Shown: positions 1 to 13,439 of the stretch, in pieces
How positions within the stretch are numbered: the stretch's first letter is position 1
How the letters are laid out: each line of letters opens with the position of its first letter
NCBI GenBank assembly: GCA_965113315.1
Contig: OZ220364.1
Source: Podarcis vaucheri
Lineage: Eukaryota
Strand: one strand, 5' to 3'
Length of the DNA stretch: 64,000 nt
Program-made: the position numbers and the translations under genes
Notes under the pieces: model-generated
What the model was told of the DNA's origin: nothing
Databases searched by the model: none
The model's input: the letters and a program-made list of their open reading frames with translations, nothing else

Positions 1-309
1 CCCCCAGGTGGATCGCTGCCATGCCAATCGCCCCTGGGTGCACGGCATGGGTCCGGGTCCCCAAGCGACTAGCTCTGACGCTGACTGCAGCCTGCTTTCA
101 CTTGACATGCTGAAAATTTCCAGAACCACTTTTTCAGAGTTCATTTCAAGACATTGAAAGGTATATGCATTTTCTATACAGCAAAGGCACTTCCAAACCA
201 CCTTCACTATACTTAAAATGATTCCTCTGTCTTAACCTTTAAGAAATGTATTCCCTCTTACTGGATGTTAATATGTGGTTTGTATATAAGGCATGAATAT
301 ATATATACA

Positions 310-775
310 AAGTCCAGGCTATCTGAAAAACTGTATTCCCTCACACGAACCTGCCCAGGTTCTGAGATCTTTAGGTGAGGCCCTTCTCTTGGTCCGGCCA
401 CCCTCACAGTTATGCTTGGTGGGGATACGAGAGAGGGCCTTGGGTAATCCCTCCCTGGAGAAGTTATTACGCCTCCCTCCATGTTGTCCTTCCACTGGCA
501 AGTGAATACCTTCTTATTCCAACAGGCTTTTGGGAACTGTCAGCTTTTAATGAAAGGGCAGGTGCTGTTTTTATTATAATTAGCTGTATGTTTTAAATAG
601 ATCTCTGATAGATAGATGGATGGGTAGATAGATATTTAATTTCATTAATGTTTAATTGGTTTTTAATTATTGTATTTTTTTTCTATGCTTTTGGCTATTC
701 TTATTTTGTCCGTAAGCCGCCTTGAGTCCCTGTCAGGGAAACAGGCAGGGTATGAATACATTTATTATTATTATA
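310..775 (+). mobile_element. L2 LINE 3' end remnant
   Basis: PGYLKNCI...PAQVLRSLGEALLLV ORF2 C-terminal remnant, gtaagccgccttgag...(TAT)n tail. Confidence 0.7.
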
Positions 776-1271
776 CCCCACAGCGTGAAAGAATCCACTG
801 CTACTCCTTATGTTCCCAGTATGATATCAGATACTAGAACATCTTCAGGCAATCTACAGATATCTTAAAGAGGGGAACCATCACATCTCACTCATACAAC
901 ATTGCAGATTGACATCCTGGTCTTCAGGAGCAAAGTCTAGTTTTGAATTGCACAGCATCCTTACTGAATTTGTGCAAGAAATACATAATGAACTCCATTC
1001 CTAACATATTTTGTATATAAAGTCTTGTGCTTTTATTATACCTCTCAGCTTTTCCTACCTACCAACTGCAGCAATTCTTCTCATGTAGGATTGCATTATG
1101 TCTGCCCACTTACAGCAATCTCTTTTGCTTCGTTTTTAATATATGTTTGATACTCTGTGGTGTGGTTCAGTATCAGCAAGATACTGAACACACCCAAGTC
1201 CAAAATAGCAAGTGCTCCCTTTTCTACATCCTAAAAACCCATGCAGGCAGAGAAGCTGTGTGTTCTCTCCT

Positions 1272-1286
1272 GTGCCATCTAGTGGC
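1272..1286 (-). promoter_or_regulatory. Candidate CTCF site
   Basis: - strand GCCACTAGATGGCAC fits the CTCF core consensus. Confidence 0.5.
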
Positions 1287-1639
1287 AATAAAGAAAAATA
1301 GCCTTTTGTGCTTTGGGAAAAACATGTTGTTAGCTGCTAAGGAACTCCTACGTGGCATCTCAGAGGAACTTTCCCTTCATTAGTACATATGAAAACAAGA
1401 CATCGATGTGGGAATTGTCATGAGATCTTTCGCTTTAGTACCTGCCAGGACAGCTGTGCAAGGGAAAATCGTATCACATTCCCTAAAATGTCCATCAACT
1501 CACCTTCGTCAGTCATATCCTTTTCTATACAGACATAAGAAATCTATATTTTGGAAAGCAGATAAATTGCAATGGAAAGGTGCTTCCAGACATTGGGGGG
1601 GAGAGGTTAATCTAGGAAGCATTCTAATTTTCTGGCTCT

Positions 1640-2490
1640 AGCAGGCTGTACATCTGTATTCTTGCTCTGTCAAGCTATTGTGGTAGGCAACGCAGGTTTT
1701 CCAGATAGTCTTAGCATTACAGTTTGCAGCTGTAAGAAACCAGTACAAGTGCTAACAAATGTTTTCTATTGCAAAGTGGTCCCAGTCAATAAACCTGCTG
1801 TTATGTTTTGAACTAATTGCAGTTTTTAAACGACCTTCAAGTGCAGTCCCCAGTACAGCACATTGCAGTAGTTTAAAAAAAGACTGTGCCAAAACAAGAA
1901 CAGCATATCAAGAACAACTATCTCTGGCTTAGCTTTGTGTCACTGAGATTATATGGGCCACTATGGATAAGACTAAATCTAATAGCATCCCCAGACTACA
2001 GGCCTGATTCTTAAGGGGGAGTGCAACCCCATCCAGAACAGGCAGCATAGCATCTCCCATGGCAGACAGACTAGAATACTGTACATAGCACACCCCAAAT
2101 TTATGGGTGACTTCGCTCAGATGTTAACAGCACGGGGACAGAATGGAACCTGGCAGAACACCAGAGACAGAGCTGCAGTCCCCAGCACCACCTTCTGAAA
2201 TAGTATGGAAAAAAGTCCCCCCAATCTTGACTTCAGACAGCCTTTCCAGAAACATACCATGATTGATTATATTGATAGCTGCTGAGAGGCCCAGGGAAAT
2301 TGACAGGGTTTTGCAGTATCCCAACCCTACACCCAGCAGATTTCATTCCTCAGGACAAGCAATGCTATTTCAATGACAAAACCAGGTCAGAAAAAGGATT
2401 TGGGTGGGTCCAAAGAATTTGTGTCATCCAAGAATGTCTGCAGTTGCACTTAAGCTTTCCCCTAATGGAAATGTTTGTGACCAGCTAACA
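1640..2490 (-). mobile_element. Degraded L2 LINE fragment
   Basis: - strand LNYCNVLY-type motif near 1850-1875; boundaries approximate. Confidence 0.55.
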
Positions 2491-4422
2491 GAGGCGGGGA
2501 AAGTCTTGTGGAGACAAAGGAGCCTTCTTAGGGAATGACCATATAACCATTGTCTTCAAGGTAATCAGGATTGCACACACACCCCTCTTTTCATGGACCA
2601 TTTATCACTTCCTGGAGCCAACTGGTCAAACCCTCTCCTGCTTGATATAGTAAGCAAGATGGTCGTACCTAACAGGTAATTGGCTCTGGTCCTTGTCTCA
2701 GAAATTGAAAGTCATTTCATAAAAAAGGAATAGATGGCACTCTGGATGTATTCATTGCAGATCCACAAGAATGCAGAGTGCAGGTTGCCACAGATGCAAG
2801 CAGTTTTATCCTCAGAGTACTTAGTAGATGAGTGATAACAGACATCCAAGGACTTATCCCATCAACTTATGTCCCAGTACCTCCGTTTTCTCCCTCTCCT
2901 GCATGCTTTAGACTCACACGGTGTCATTTTGAAACACCAGCTGTATTTACTTGGCTTTTTGTGTCTGTAAGTTTGAGTGTTGCATATATCTGAGCAGCCA
3001 CTGAACAGGGCAAAGAGATATCAGTTGGGGACTTTTGGCCTGTGAATCTAATTAGGCCTGCCAGACCATTTTGGCCAAGCCATGCCCACCTGCCCAGCAC
3101 CTGATGTCATATATATCGCATCAGGTGTGGGGCAGGTAAAAGCGCAATGGGGGTTTGCAAGGCACATTGAAGCCCCAGCTGTTAGGTGGTTGTTGGGGCT
3201 TCAAAACACCACCTAGGGATCTCTACAAGCATCGACAATCAACTGGTTGTGGGTGCCTGAAGTGCACAGCCAACAATCAGCTGATTGTTGGGAATCCAAA
3301 GCACATCTCTTACAAGCTGCAGGGATTGGCTGCCCTAGGGAAGTCCCCATTGGGAAATCCATAGTGCACCTGAGGAGGCTAGAGGAAACAGCTTGGATTC
3401 AAAATGCTGGAGGAAGCACTAAAAAATGAGGATTTATCCCTCTGCAAAGAAAGTGGTTTGGATTCAGAGTCCTTCATCCAGCTCTTTGAATCCAATTTAT
3501 TTCTTCTGGAGAGAGAGAAATGTTCAGCTTTCAATCTTCTCTTTCTCTCTCCAGAGGAAACAGCTTGATAAACTTAGGGCTTACATGCTAATTCCTACAT
3601 GCTTCCCATGTAGGAATTTTGTAGTGTTTGAAGTGCCCTGCAATAGTCATGAAAAGCATTTGACAGTTACACTTCTGGAATGACAACTCTCCAGAATAGG
3701 CTTGCATATATGTCAGCCATGAGTTGTATTTGGATTTTTAAGGTGTTTTCTTGCCTGACTTGAAGATACTGCCTCAGTGTGTGAACTGATCACGATGCTC
3801 TTAGGCAAATTCTACTGATGAAACAAGTGCTGTTTACATTTTTGATGCAGCATAACATCTTAACATATTCCTCCCTTGTCAGTCTTTGGGAGGTGTCCCT
3901 CAGTGCAACTGGAGGATTGCCTAAAGCAATGATATTTAAGTTTTGCCATTATTTCTCCATGTCTACTCTGCACACCTCTCTGCATATCCAGTATTCCATG
4001 CTGTAGAATAACCTTTTCTGCAGGAGAATTTCCCCAGCAGATAGACTTGGACATTTCCATTTGATTAACGTTCCAACAATGAATATTTTAACACGCTGGA
4101 CTTGAATTACATCCTTGGTGTGTGCACATACACAGTCATTTACAGATGCACTCTCAGTGCATCTCCCTGTACACAGTGCTAATATCTTCAGTTTCTTGAT
4201 TAACAGGCTGGGGCCCAGGTTGACAAAAAGCCCTCATTCCCTGAACACCCTCTCTCCAACCCACTTAGCAAAAGATGGAGTCCTCCTGGGTGACAAAAAA
4301 TACCTGAAGGCTGTATTCTGTATTGCATAATGGTTGCTTTGATTTTGGCATTTTCCTAGAACACTAGCACTAATTGCAGCATCAGTAAGAGCACAATAGT
4401 TGGTTAGACGAAGGGTCCCTCT

Positions 4423-4668
4423 AGAAGAGTTTTTGGATTTGATATCCCGCTTTATCACTACCCTTCAGGAGTCTCAAAGCGGCTAACAATCTCCTTTACC
4501 TTCCTCCCCCACAACAAACACTCTGTGAGGTGAGTGGGGCTGAGAGACTTCAGAGAAGTGTGACTAGCCCAAGGTCACCCAGCAGCTGCGTGTGGAGGAG
4601 CGGAGACGCGAACCTGGTTCACCAGATTACGAGTCTACCGTTTTTAACCACTACACCACCCTGGCTCT
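4423..4668 (-). mobile_element. Young tRNA-derived SINE (Squam3-like, lacertid type)
   Basis: - strand A box TGGTGTAGTGG and B-box-like GGTTCGCGTC, CTT tail; near-identical to copies at 56426 and 58768. Confidence 0.85.
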
Positions 4669-4699
4669 CTCTGTTAGATGCTTCTAGGAGACCCGCCTG

Positions 4700-6660
4700 C
4701 AGCCTCCCCCATTGCTTCCTCCCTCTGCCCCCAGGAACTGGTATTTAGAGGTTCCATTTATTTACCATGACTGATAGCTGTTGATAGCCTTATCCTCCGT
4801 AAACCTGTCTAATCCTCTTTTAAAGTCATCACAACATCTTGCGGCAACAAATTCCATAAGCTCATTACGTGCTGTTTGAAAAAGTACTTTCTTTTGTCTG
4901 TCCTGAATCTTATCATCAATTAATGTAAATAGTGACCCTGAATTCTAGTTGGAAAGGAGGGGGGAATCCCTTTTTTAGTTATTCTCTCTAGACCATTCAA
5001 AATGTTTTTCTCCAGTACAACTTCTACAATATCCCTCTTGTTCACCTGTAAAAGCCTCAGCTGCTTTAACCTTTCATGGTAGGGAAGGTGCTATGCACTC
5101 ATCATTGTGTGCCCTCTTTCAGCATTTGCTCCAGCTCTACAATATTCTTTACATATTCAAATACGGTTGTATTACAGCTTTGTACCAAGCCATTACAATA
5201 CTAACCACTTTATTATTTAGAATCTTGTAAACAACCCTTTATATGAAATTTGTTTTTATCACTGATGCCTCACAATGAAGTGATGTTTTCCACCCGGCAT
5301 ATATGTGGGTGGAATTTTTTCTCTCAGTGTTTATCACTTTTCCATTTTCAGTTAACCTAACTTGCCATTTTGTTTTGCCCATTCACTCAGTTTGCAGACA
5401 CCCTTCAGGACAGGAGTAGGGACTCTGTCAAGAGTTCAACTGTGAGGGAGAGGTCAGCTTGGCCAGCACACTCCCGGCAGGAAGTGCACTAGGGAAGCAC
5501 CACCCAGCAGGACTGAACTCTCTGCTCATCAGCTGATGAGAGGGGTGTTAAATCCTGCTATTTTGACTGTATACCAGTTCCCTGTGGGGACCTGGTGGGG
5601 ACAGCCAATGCAGCATTCAACCTTGCCTATCAGTTGATTGGCATGTGGAAGTGCTTTGGGAGAAATTGGAGGTCAAATTGGACCCCCTGGTAGGCCAAGA
5701 TTGGCCTGTGGGCTGTAGGATCCCTTTCCCTGCTTAAAGAGCTCTTCTCATTCTACATCAAGCCCCATTCTGATTGATATCATCCAAAAACTTGGCCACC
5801 TTACGACTTACTCCTTGGCCTGATGTAAATAATTTAAATCGCATATCCTTGAGGGACTCCACTGCTTACTTCTGTCTATTGTGAATACTGTCAATTTGTT
5901 TATTCCTGTCTTATGGTGCCTCTTCTTTAACCAATTATCATGAGAGGACCCTGAACAATGGTTAGACTAATAGATTTGTAATTTCCTGATTTTCTGTCAG
6001 CTTTAAAAAGTTGATACAGTATTATTTTAAGGAAATCAGTTTTAATGACAAGGGTCATATTTTAATTGGATGATCAACAATTTCATATTGGGTGTGTGGC
6101 ATCTGGTGACTTTTTTTGTGGTCAATTAGCCATAGACCTTCATCTCTTGCCATCTCTAATGAATACTAGTTCCTGTATCTTCCACAGTGAATTCATCCTG
6201 CTTCTCAGTAATCTTCCTATTCTCATTCAGCAATTCTTTCACACCACTTTTGTCTTAACAGTCTGACAGCTCCCCAGGCTAGTTTCCTCATTCTAAAGGA
6301 TCAAAATAAAGCTGTATAGTTTTGAACAATATCTCCCTCAAATTTTATTCACTTGGTTTATTGTCATTTTACATTTGTTTTACCAGAGTTTAAGCTCTTT
6401 TTGTTTTCCCAATTTGGACAAGGCAACCATTTTCTAAAAGAAAGCTTCTTCCTTTTACTGTTTCCTTGAAGTCTGCTCATTAACTAGGTGGGCATCTTCC
6501 TGGCTTTGTTTATTCCTTTCTAATCTGCTGTATAGATTTTATCTGAGCTTCTAGTACAGTATGTTTCATTAGCTTCCAAGTGTTCTGAAGACATCTGATT
6601 CTCCCTTTCAACTTCCTTTTAACTAATCCCCTCATTTATTAGGTTTCTTCCGTCAATAAC
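4700..6660 (-). mobile_element. Degraded CR1 LINE fragments with inserted MITE-like DNA
   Basis: CR1-type 3' sequence (tctaatcctcttttaaag...aaaaagtactttcttttgtctgtcctgaatct); boundaries approximate. Confidence 0.55.
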
Positions 6661-9600
6661 ATTATGATTGGCATTCTGGTATTCTCACACTATTCTCATC
6701 TTGCTTTTGCCTTCAGGCTTTACACTTGGGACTTCAAGTACTGCAGGATAGTTATTTATTGTTTGATGAACAGCTTGTGTTTGTTAGCTGACAGAATAAA
6801 AGATTAGTACCTCTCTGTGTATCAGCTACTAGCTGAGGATGCATAGTGGTAGTGATGTGTAAAATGTTCATGATCTTCAATATTTTCATGCAAAAATCGT
6901 CATTTCAAAGGGTGCACAACTTCCCCTTTATTTCCATTTCAAGATTATTTTCATGCTTCTTCCACAGCTCTCCCCCACCACCTCCACTTCAGCTCAGCAC
7001 TACATGATGTACTTTAATAGGTTAGACACACATGAGAGATGACACATTTTACAAATGATGCAGACTCAAACTCTTGGCAGATCCATTTGATTCCTCCACG
7101 CTGTCATTTATCCCCGGTCACTACTGAAATTCTGTTGATTTCACCAGCACTAGACCTACCTCTACAGTATAAACACGTCTGATTGACATATGCACTGAGA
7201 ATGTGTGGAACTCACCTAGGTATAGTCTGCTACTGTTTAGGCCACTACAAATTGTATGCAGTAAAAAAGGGATAAATTTTCCCATTCTTCAGCATGTGGC
7301 TTCAAAGCTGCGGCCTGTTTTATGTGCTGTTCAGTTCTTCTTGGAGCTGCTACTGCAGGATCTGCCGCAATTGTCTCTCCTTCTCTATTGACATCCTGCA
7401 GCTGAGGAGTGAGAGAAATCCCTGAAAATCAGCTGCTTTGACAGGCCAAGATAGTAATGACACTAGGGTCCAGGAGTGTTCTTTGTCAGCTGTAGAATCT
7501 GGAAGAACTGCTGATACCCACTGATACTTGCTGCCCAAATTTCAGCAGCAGAAATCTCCCTTCTGCAATTGCTGCTGGAGCTGTTGCATGGCTTTTAAAT
7601 GACAATTACCTAAGATGATGTAGGAATCCAAATGCTGCTTGTTGTGTTGCTGCAAAATGGACTGTTGAGACATGTCCTCCCGATGCAGGAGTGCAAGGGA
7701 GAAGGCTAAATATGGCTGCATTATAAGTGCACTGTAAGTATCACAAGCTACCAATGCATTGAATAGGTGTGAGGCAGAGAGCAGTGGACCTATGTAAGCC
7801 TCTCTTCCTTTCCCATACTTTTTTCTTTCCTTCTCATTCTCTGTATCCCTTGTTTCCTCTCTGCTCCCTTTCTCTAAGGGAGTCAAAATACTGGCTAAAA
7901 GTGCAGTACTTCTAGATGGTTCAGGATATAAAGGAATCACGGGTTAATACCTGCCTTGAAAATCTCAAAACATAGCAAGGCCACGTTAGCCTGATATATA
8001 CTGAAACTTTATGAAGATCAAGTTATGTCTGGTGCCTGTACAAAGATTTTTGGAAGATCAACAGGTTGGTGAGATCCCAGAAAAATGAAAGTGAGGATCT
8101 ATCTACACTTTTGTTGTTTAAAGTTAATCCTGCTACATCAAAAGGCTGGCATCCCATATCTTATCATTTATCTTTCTGTTTTTCTCCTGCAATGAAGGGT
8201 GACTGCTGAAAGCAATAGAGAAGCAAGAAAGTGTGCTTTTGTGAAACTGCACCATTCCTCCAGGGCACAAGTCACCAACCTTTTTGGACTAGTGGGCACA
8301 TTATGAAATTTCAGAGAGTTCCAGGTCTCACAATGACTGCCATGAAGGCAGGGGTGGCATAACACAAAATTAGATGCCCACCACTGGCAACCTTATTCTT
8401 GCCATGGAAAGTCAGCTACGTTCTGCTGGTCCTGATTATGGAGATCCAACACTGACAGATGCTGTTGCTCTCTAATAACAGGGAGCATTCCCCAGGAAAA
8501 AGCAAAAAATATACTAGATAGCCACACCACTCTCGTTTTACAGAAATCGCTTAGAAGGTACCTGCAAATCTTACCCCATAACTTTCTTTCTAAGAAGGCT
8601 AGAGACACTTGCCCAGGGACACCACTGGTGACCTAGGGCTAGCAGGCCCTGTGTGGGAAAGCATCTCTCATTTTTCAGCAATGAGAAACGAAAACTGGCT
8701 GCTATGAAAATACTCATGAAATGATCTCTGACTGCCCAAAAGCTAATTGTTAATATTTCTGCTCATCAGAATGTCTTCATGTCAGACAGATGACATTTTG
8801 CCTGCAAGGCATCCTTGCCCTCTCTGCTTGGCCCAATGGAAACCTGCAGGCTGCATGGCCCTTAGAGACCAATCAGAGATACTGATGGAATAGCTGTTAT
8901 CCCCTCCTCCAAGATCTACATGATAGCTGTCTCTTTCTAGGGCCCTACTGATCCTGTATAGTCATTTCAAAATATGTTACTTGCATGACCTCAGATACTC
9001 TAGCACTGCAAAACGTTGTTCTCTAACATTGTTAGGGTCTCATATTTCCACTGGTTATGTAAGATCTGCCAAGGTGGCAAGACCTTTGGGGAGATTTCCT
9101 TCCACCTGGATTTTACATACTGTTTGGCTTGGGCTTCCACAAAAGCAAGACCAAAAAAAAAAATATAATCTCAGGATCATCTGAACTTCAAAGACAGTGG
9201 ATTTACACCTTCAGACTAAATAAGAGTGCCTTTCCCAGACAGACAAATTTTGCATTATTAGAAACTTGCTTTGCCTACAAAAGCAGAAATCTTCCCAAGA
9301 TAATCTAAGCAGAGATTTTTATTTTGACTTTTTTATTTTTTTAAAAAAATCAGTGAACCAGACTGAGTTGATTTTTGTTCTGGCTCATTAGAGAAAAATA
9401 TTCAAGCTGATTCCTGCTTCTTTCAGAACTCATTTCCTCGATGTCAGTAGCTGTGGTGATTCATATAGTATAATATTGCCATTAACATCATTATTCAATT
9501 TAGCCTTTCCAATATTAAGAAGCAGTCCCCCACACACCTGCCCCAAATCATGAGAATTTGTATACAGTATATTTTAGTTGTACATTTTAGTTTTGAAGAT

Positions 9601-10330
9601 AACCACCCAAAGGCTTCCTGAATTGGATATTCTCAGTGGGTGTTTTTTGGGGGGGAGGCGGTAAAAGAATGAGGCGCCTCTACTCATATAATGATAAAAG
9701 TGTTGTGGGTGCCAGCACAAAATGGCTGCCATGTGCTGCAAATGAATAAAATAAAAAGAAGGGCTGGTACTCTATATCCAGTGAGTACTTTAGCAGAAAG
9801 AGCCATGGACATGCTAATCTAGGGCGTTGCCAAATTTCAAAACCTCCATAGAAATACAATTTCGTTAACCTAATTTAATTTAATATAATGGAGAGGGTGA
9901 AGCATCATTAAGCAGAATCATTACCATATTGGCCCGAATATAAGCTGCACCCAAAGAGTGGTGTCGCAAGCTGGGGGCAGGGGGGGCGGTGCGCCCTGTG
10001 TTCCATGTCTGGGGGGATGACAAAACATCCCCAGGTGTCTTGGCACCCCGTGGGGTGCTTGCCCTGCTGCCCCGGCCTGGGCCTGTCAGCACGAGCAGCC
10101 ATCGCACCGCCGCAGGCAAATGTGGAGGATCCTCTGCTCATGGCTGCAGCTGCGAGCAGAGGATCCCACCACCGTCCATACGGCTCTCTGGTGGCAGCGG
10201 CGGCAAACCGCTACATACAACGCATGCACTGTCACACGCATGCGCTGTGCATACCGATGCCACACATGCGCTGTACATAGCGGTTTGCCACTGGTGCCGC
10301 TGGAGCACCGTACAGACACGGTGAGATCCC

Positions 10331-10572
10331 TGCTGGTACCTCGGGTTACATACGCTTCAGGTTATATACGCTTCAAGTTACAGACTCCGCTAACCCAGAA
10401 ATAGTACCTCAGGTTAAGAACTTTGCTTCAGGATGAGAACAGAAATTGTGCGGCGACGGCATGGCAGCAGCAGAAGGCCCCATCAGCTAAAGTGGTGCTT
10501 CAGGTTAAGAACAGTTTCAGGTTAAGAACGGACCTCCGGAACAAATTAAGTATGTAACCAGAGGTACCACTG
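10331..10572. mobile_element. Tigger/mariner-type MITE
   Basis: tggtacctcgggttacata / tatgtaaccagaggtaccactg-TA inverted ends. Confidence 0.8.
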
Positions 10573-10577
10573 TATTT

Positions 10578-10765
10578 AAAAGTGTGGGATTAGGACCTGG
10601 GAGACCAGCGTTCAATTCTCCACTAGGCAAAGCTCACTTGGGCCAGTCACTCTCTCTCAGCCTCACCTACCTCAAAGAGGATTGTTGGGGGGGGGGTTAA
10701 ATGAGGGGGGGAATCATCTATGCCACTTTGAGTTGAAAAGGGTGAGGTAAAATATGAGATATATA
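10578..10765 (+). mobile_element. Older, diverged tRNA-derived SINE
   Basis: gttcaattc B box, ttgggccagtcactctctctcagcctcacctacctc core resembling the young SINE. Confidence 0.6.
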
Positions 10766-10912
10766 TATAATGGGCCTGCCTTAGAAGATAGGAACCCCAG
10801 AAGTGTGGGCCACTGTTGAGTAATATACCCACCTGGTAACTAAAAATGGAAATGTGTTCTTTCACACACATGGTTACCTGCTATCTAAATTAAGCTTCCC
10901 ATTACCTTCTAG

Positions 10913-13064
10913 ATTTCAACCCTGCAGTCAAACACCCTCATTCGGAAAGTGAAACGGACACTGCCTAGCCCCCCACCAGAAGAAGCTCATCTCCCTCTGG
11001 CCAGCCAAGCTCACTCACAGATGTACATGCCGGGCCTCATGCAGAAGGGAGTGGCAGGGCCAGCCATTCAGGTGACGAAGGCCAGCCTCCTCAAAGACAT
11101 TGACCGCGACTTGAAGCTAGTGGAGCACGAGTCCACAAAGCTGCGGAAGAAACAGGCTGAGCTTGATGAAGAAGAAAAGGAGATTGATGCCAAACTCAAG
11201 TACTTGGAACTGGGGATTACGCAGAGAAAAGAGTCTTTGCTGAAGGACCGAAACGTCCGCGACTATCCCTACCTGAGATGCTTGGGGGAAAACAGGGATT
11301 ATATGTCTGACAGTGAGCTCAACAACCTACGACTCTCTGGCTATGAGAGTCTGACCAGGCCTAGTACTGCCCCTTCCAATCAATACGCTGACTTTTCCAG
11401 TGCACAGTACACATCAGCCTCCTCTTATACCCCATATCAGTACTCCTCAGGACAAGCTGCCCCACCAGCCCCAGCCGCATTCCAGCAAGCAAGGTTTCAG
11501 CCTCCACACTACCCCTCAGCAAGCAATGTCCCTGCACAGAACGGATTCCAAGCAAGCCAGATGCCGGCCTACCCTTCCCAAACGACATACCAGAGTCACA
11601 GCTTTACTCCAAGCACTGGGTATCAGTCTGAACAGGTTCTGCAAAGTCACCAAGGCTTCCGGCCACCTTACCAAGCACAGACCACGTATCCCAGTCAGAC
11701 ACCTCAGCCAGCACAGAGCGCTCTTTTCCAGACCCACGCGGACACACACACCACCTCCCAGAAACCGCGGCAGACATCGCTAGCTGACCTCGAGCAGAAG
11801 ATGCCCACCAATTATGAAGTAATAGGCAACCCCACTGTGGTCATCTCAGCCGCAACTCCAGAAGTGACGTACAGCACCACAACTGTGACCAGCAGCTACG
11901 ACCAGTACAAGCCGCCAGAAGGAAGGCACCAGGACAGGAGCAGTGTAGCTCAAAGTCCCTCGACCAGCTATTCCTCTGACTCCCTCTACACAAACCTGGA
12001 GCAGAACATTCCTCGGAACTATGTAATGATTGATGACATCAGTGAACTAACCAAAGAAAGCACCTCAGCAGAGGGCCAAAAGGGAGATTCGCAGTTGCAG
12101 AGCAGCAATGGGCGATATATGAAAGAAAAGAGTGACTTCACAGACACAGATGTCTCCAGCAGGCCTTGTTGCTACCCAAAGGGAGAAGAGTCAGAGGAGG
12201 ACATGTATGATCACCATGGCCCTGACCATCGAGGGAGAGGCTATCATAGGGGCCCAGAGAGCAATGGGAGGATGTCGGGTAGCTCCGGCTCCTACTACTA
12301 CGGGGACAGTGATTACAGGCACTCCACTCGCCCAGACAAGCCTGGGTCCACCATGGGAGTGCAGAAGCACTCTTCCAAAAACTTGGCCCCAGCTGTCATC
12401 TCTTCCAAACGCAGCAAGCACCGGAAACAAGGTATGGAACAGAAGATCTCAAAATTCTCCCCTATAGAAGAAGCGAGAGATGTGGAATCAGACCTGGCCT
12501 CTTACCCAGCAACCACGTCTGTCAGCAGCAGCAGTGTGGCATCCAGAGCAAAGAAGATGCAAGACGACATCACATACGGCCTCAAAAAGAATGTCTATGA
12601 ACAGCAGAAGTACTACGGTGGGTCTGCCAGGGATACGATGGAAGAAGATGACAGGGCATACAGTGGCGGGCGATCCAGATCGTCTGGTTATGTGTCGGAG
12701 AGAATGTCAAGCCGCGAGATCAGGAGCAGGTCCTACGAGAGAGAGAGCATGGAGAGGCCTCAGAGAGGCAGTTCCAAACCTTCTTCCCTTAGCATGAGTC
12801 AAAGTCGCGGGCGACCTCCAATTCGCACACAAACCTCAGAAGAAGAGAGCCCCATCAGTCCGTTGGGGAAGTCCATGGGCGTGTCACGGTCCTCGGGTGG
12901 GCCTCTCCCTCAGTCTGCTGGGGACAGCTGCTCTCAGTTCTGCTCCAGTCACTCATTGCCTGATGTACAAGAACATATCAAAGATGTGCCAAGAACCCAC
13001 TCTTACAAGCATGAGGAAGGTTACATCATGGATGATTCACACTGTGTTGTTTCAGACAGTGAAG
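10913..13064 (+). CDS. BSN: Bassoon, large internal exon (coiled-coil and C-terminal region); upstream exons are outside the window
   Basis: ttctag| acceptor, GAAG|gtaatg donor; translates ISTLQSNTLIRKVKRTLPSPPPEE...KDIDRDLKLVEHESTKLRKKQAELDEEEKEIDAKLKYLELGITQRKE...VVSDSE, recognisable Bassoon sequence. Confidence 0.97.
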
Positions 13065-13439
13065 GTAATGGCTACCTGTGGTAACTTAACCCCAGAGCAT
13101 GCCCAAGCGGGTCATATTTGCAAGGACAATACCACAGCCTCCGTTTCCTTGCCAGGTGCCTTTCTCCCGCATTTTGCTTTCTGTTTTGGTGGTTCTGTGT
13201 TAGCATGCTGCACTCTGCATGTCCTACTGGTGCTCTGCTCACTGCTTGTTCAGTGTGATACTGTGCTATGATTCCTGTTTATTTATAGATATCTATTTCC
13301 CGAGCGGCTACTGTGGCATATCCTGTGTGCATGCGATCGGTTCCTTGCTTTCTTTTAATCCATTGCATGGCTTCATCCTGGGGTACATTCCCAACTGTGG
13401 ATGAGGGGATTGACTGTGATTTGTTTTTGGTTTCTGAAG

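Noticed and set aside
2126-2142. RE1/REST-like cagcacggggacag
   Set aside because: Half-site spacing is off by one and it lies in an L2 remnant
5520-5545. CTGATGAG hammerhead-like cores here and near 35585 and 38661
   Set aside because: No stem II followed by GAAA in the right register; the first is a simple palindrome inside a MITE-like repeat
13065-13439. ORF-track extensions into the 375-nt BSN intron, suggesting in-frame retention
   Set aside because: In-frame TAA at 13082-13084; normal splicing restores SDSEAYHLGQ
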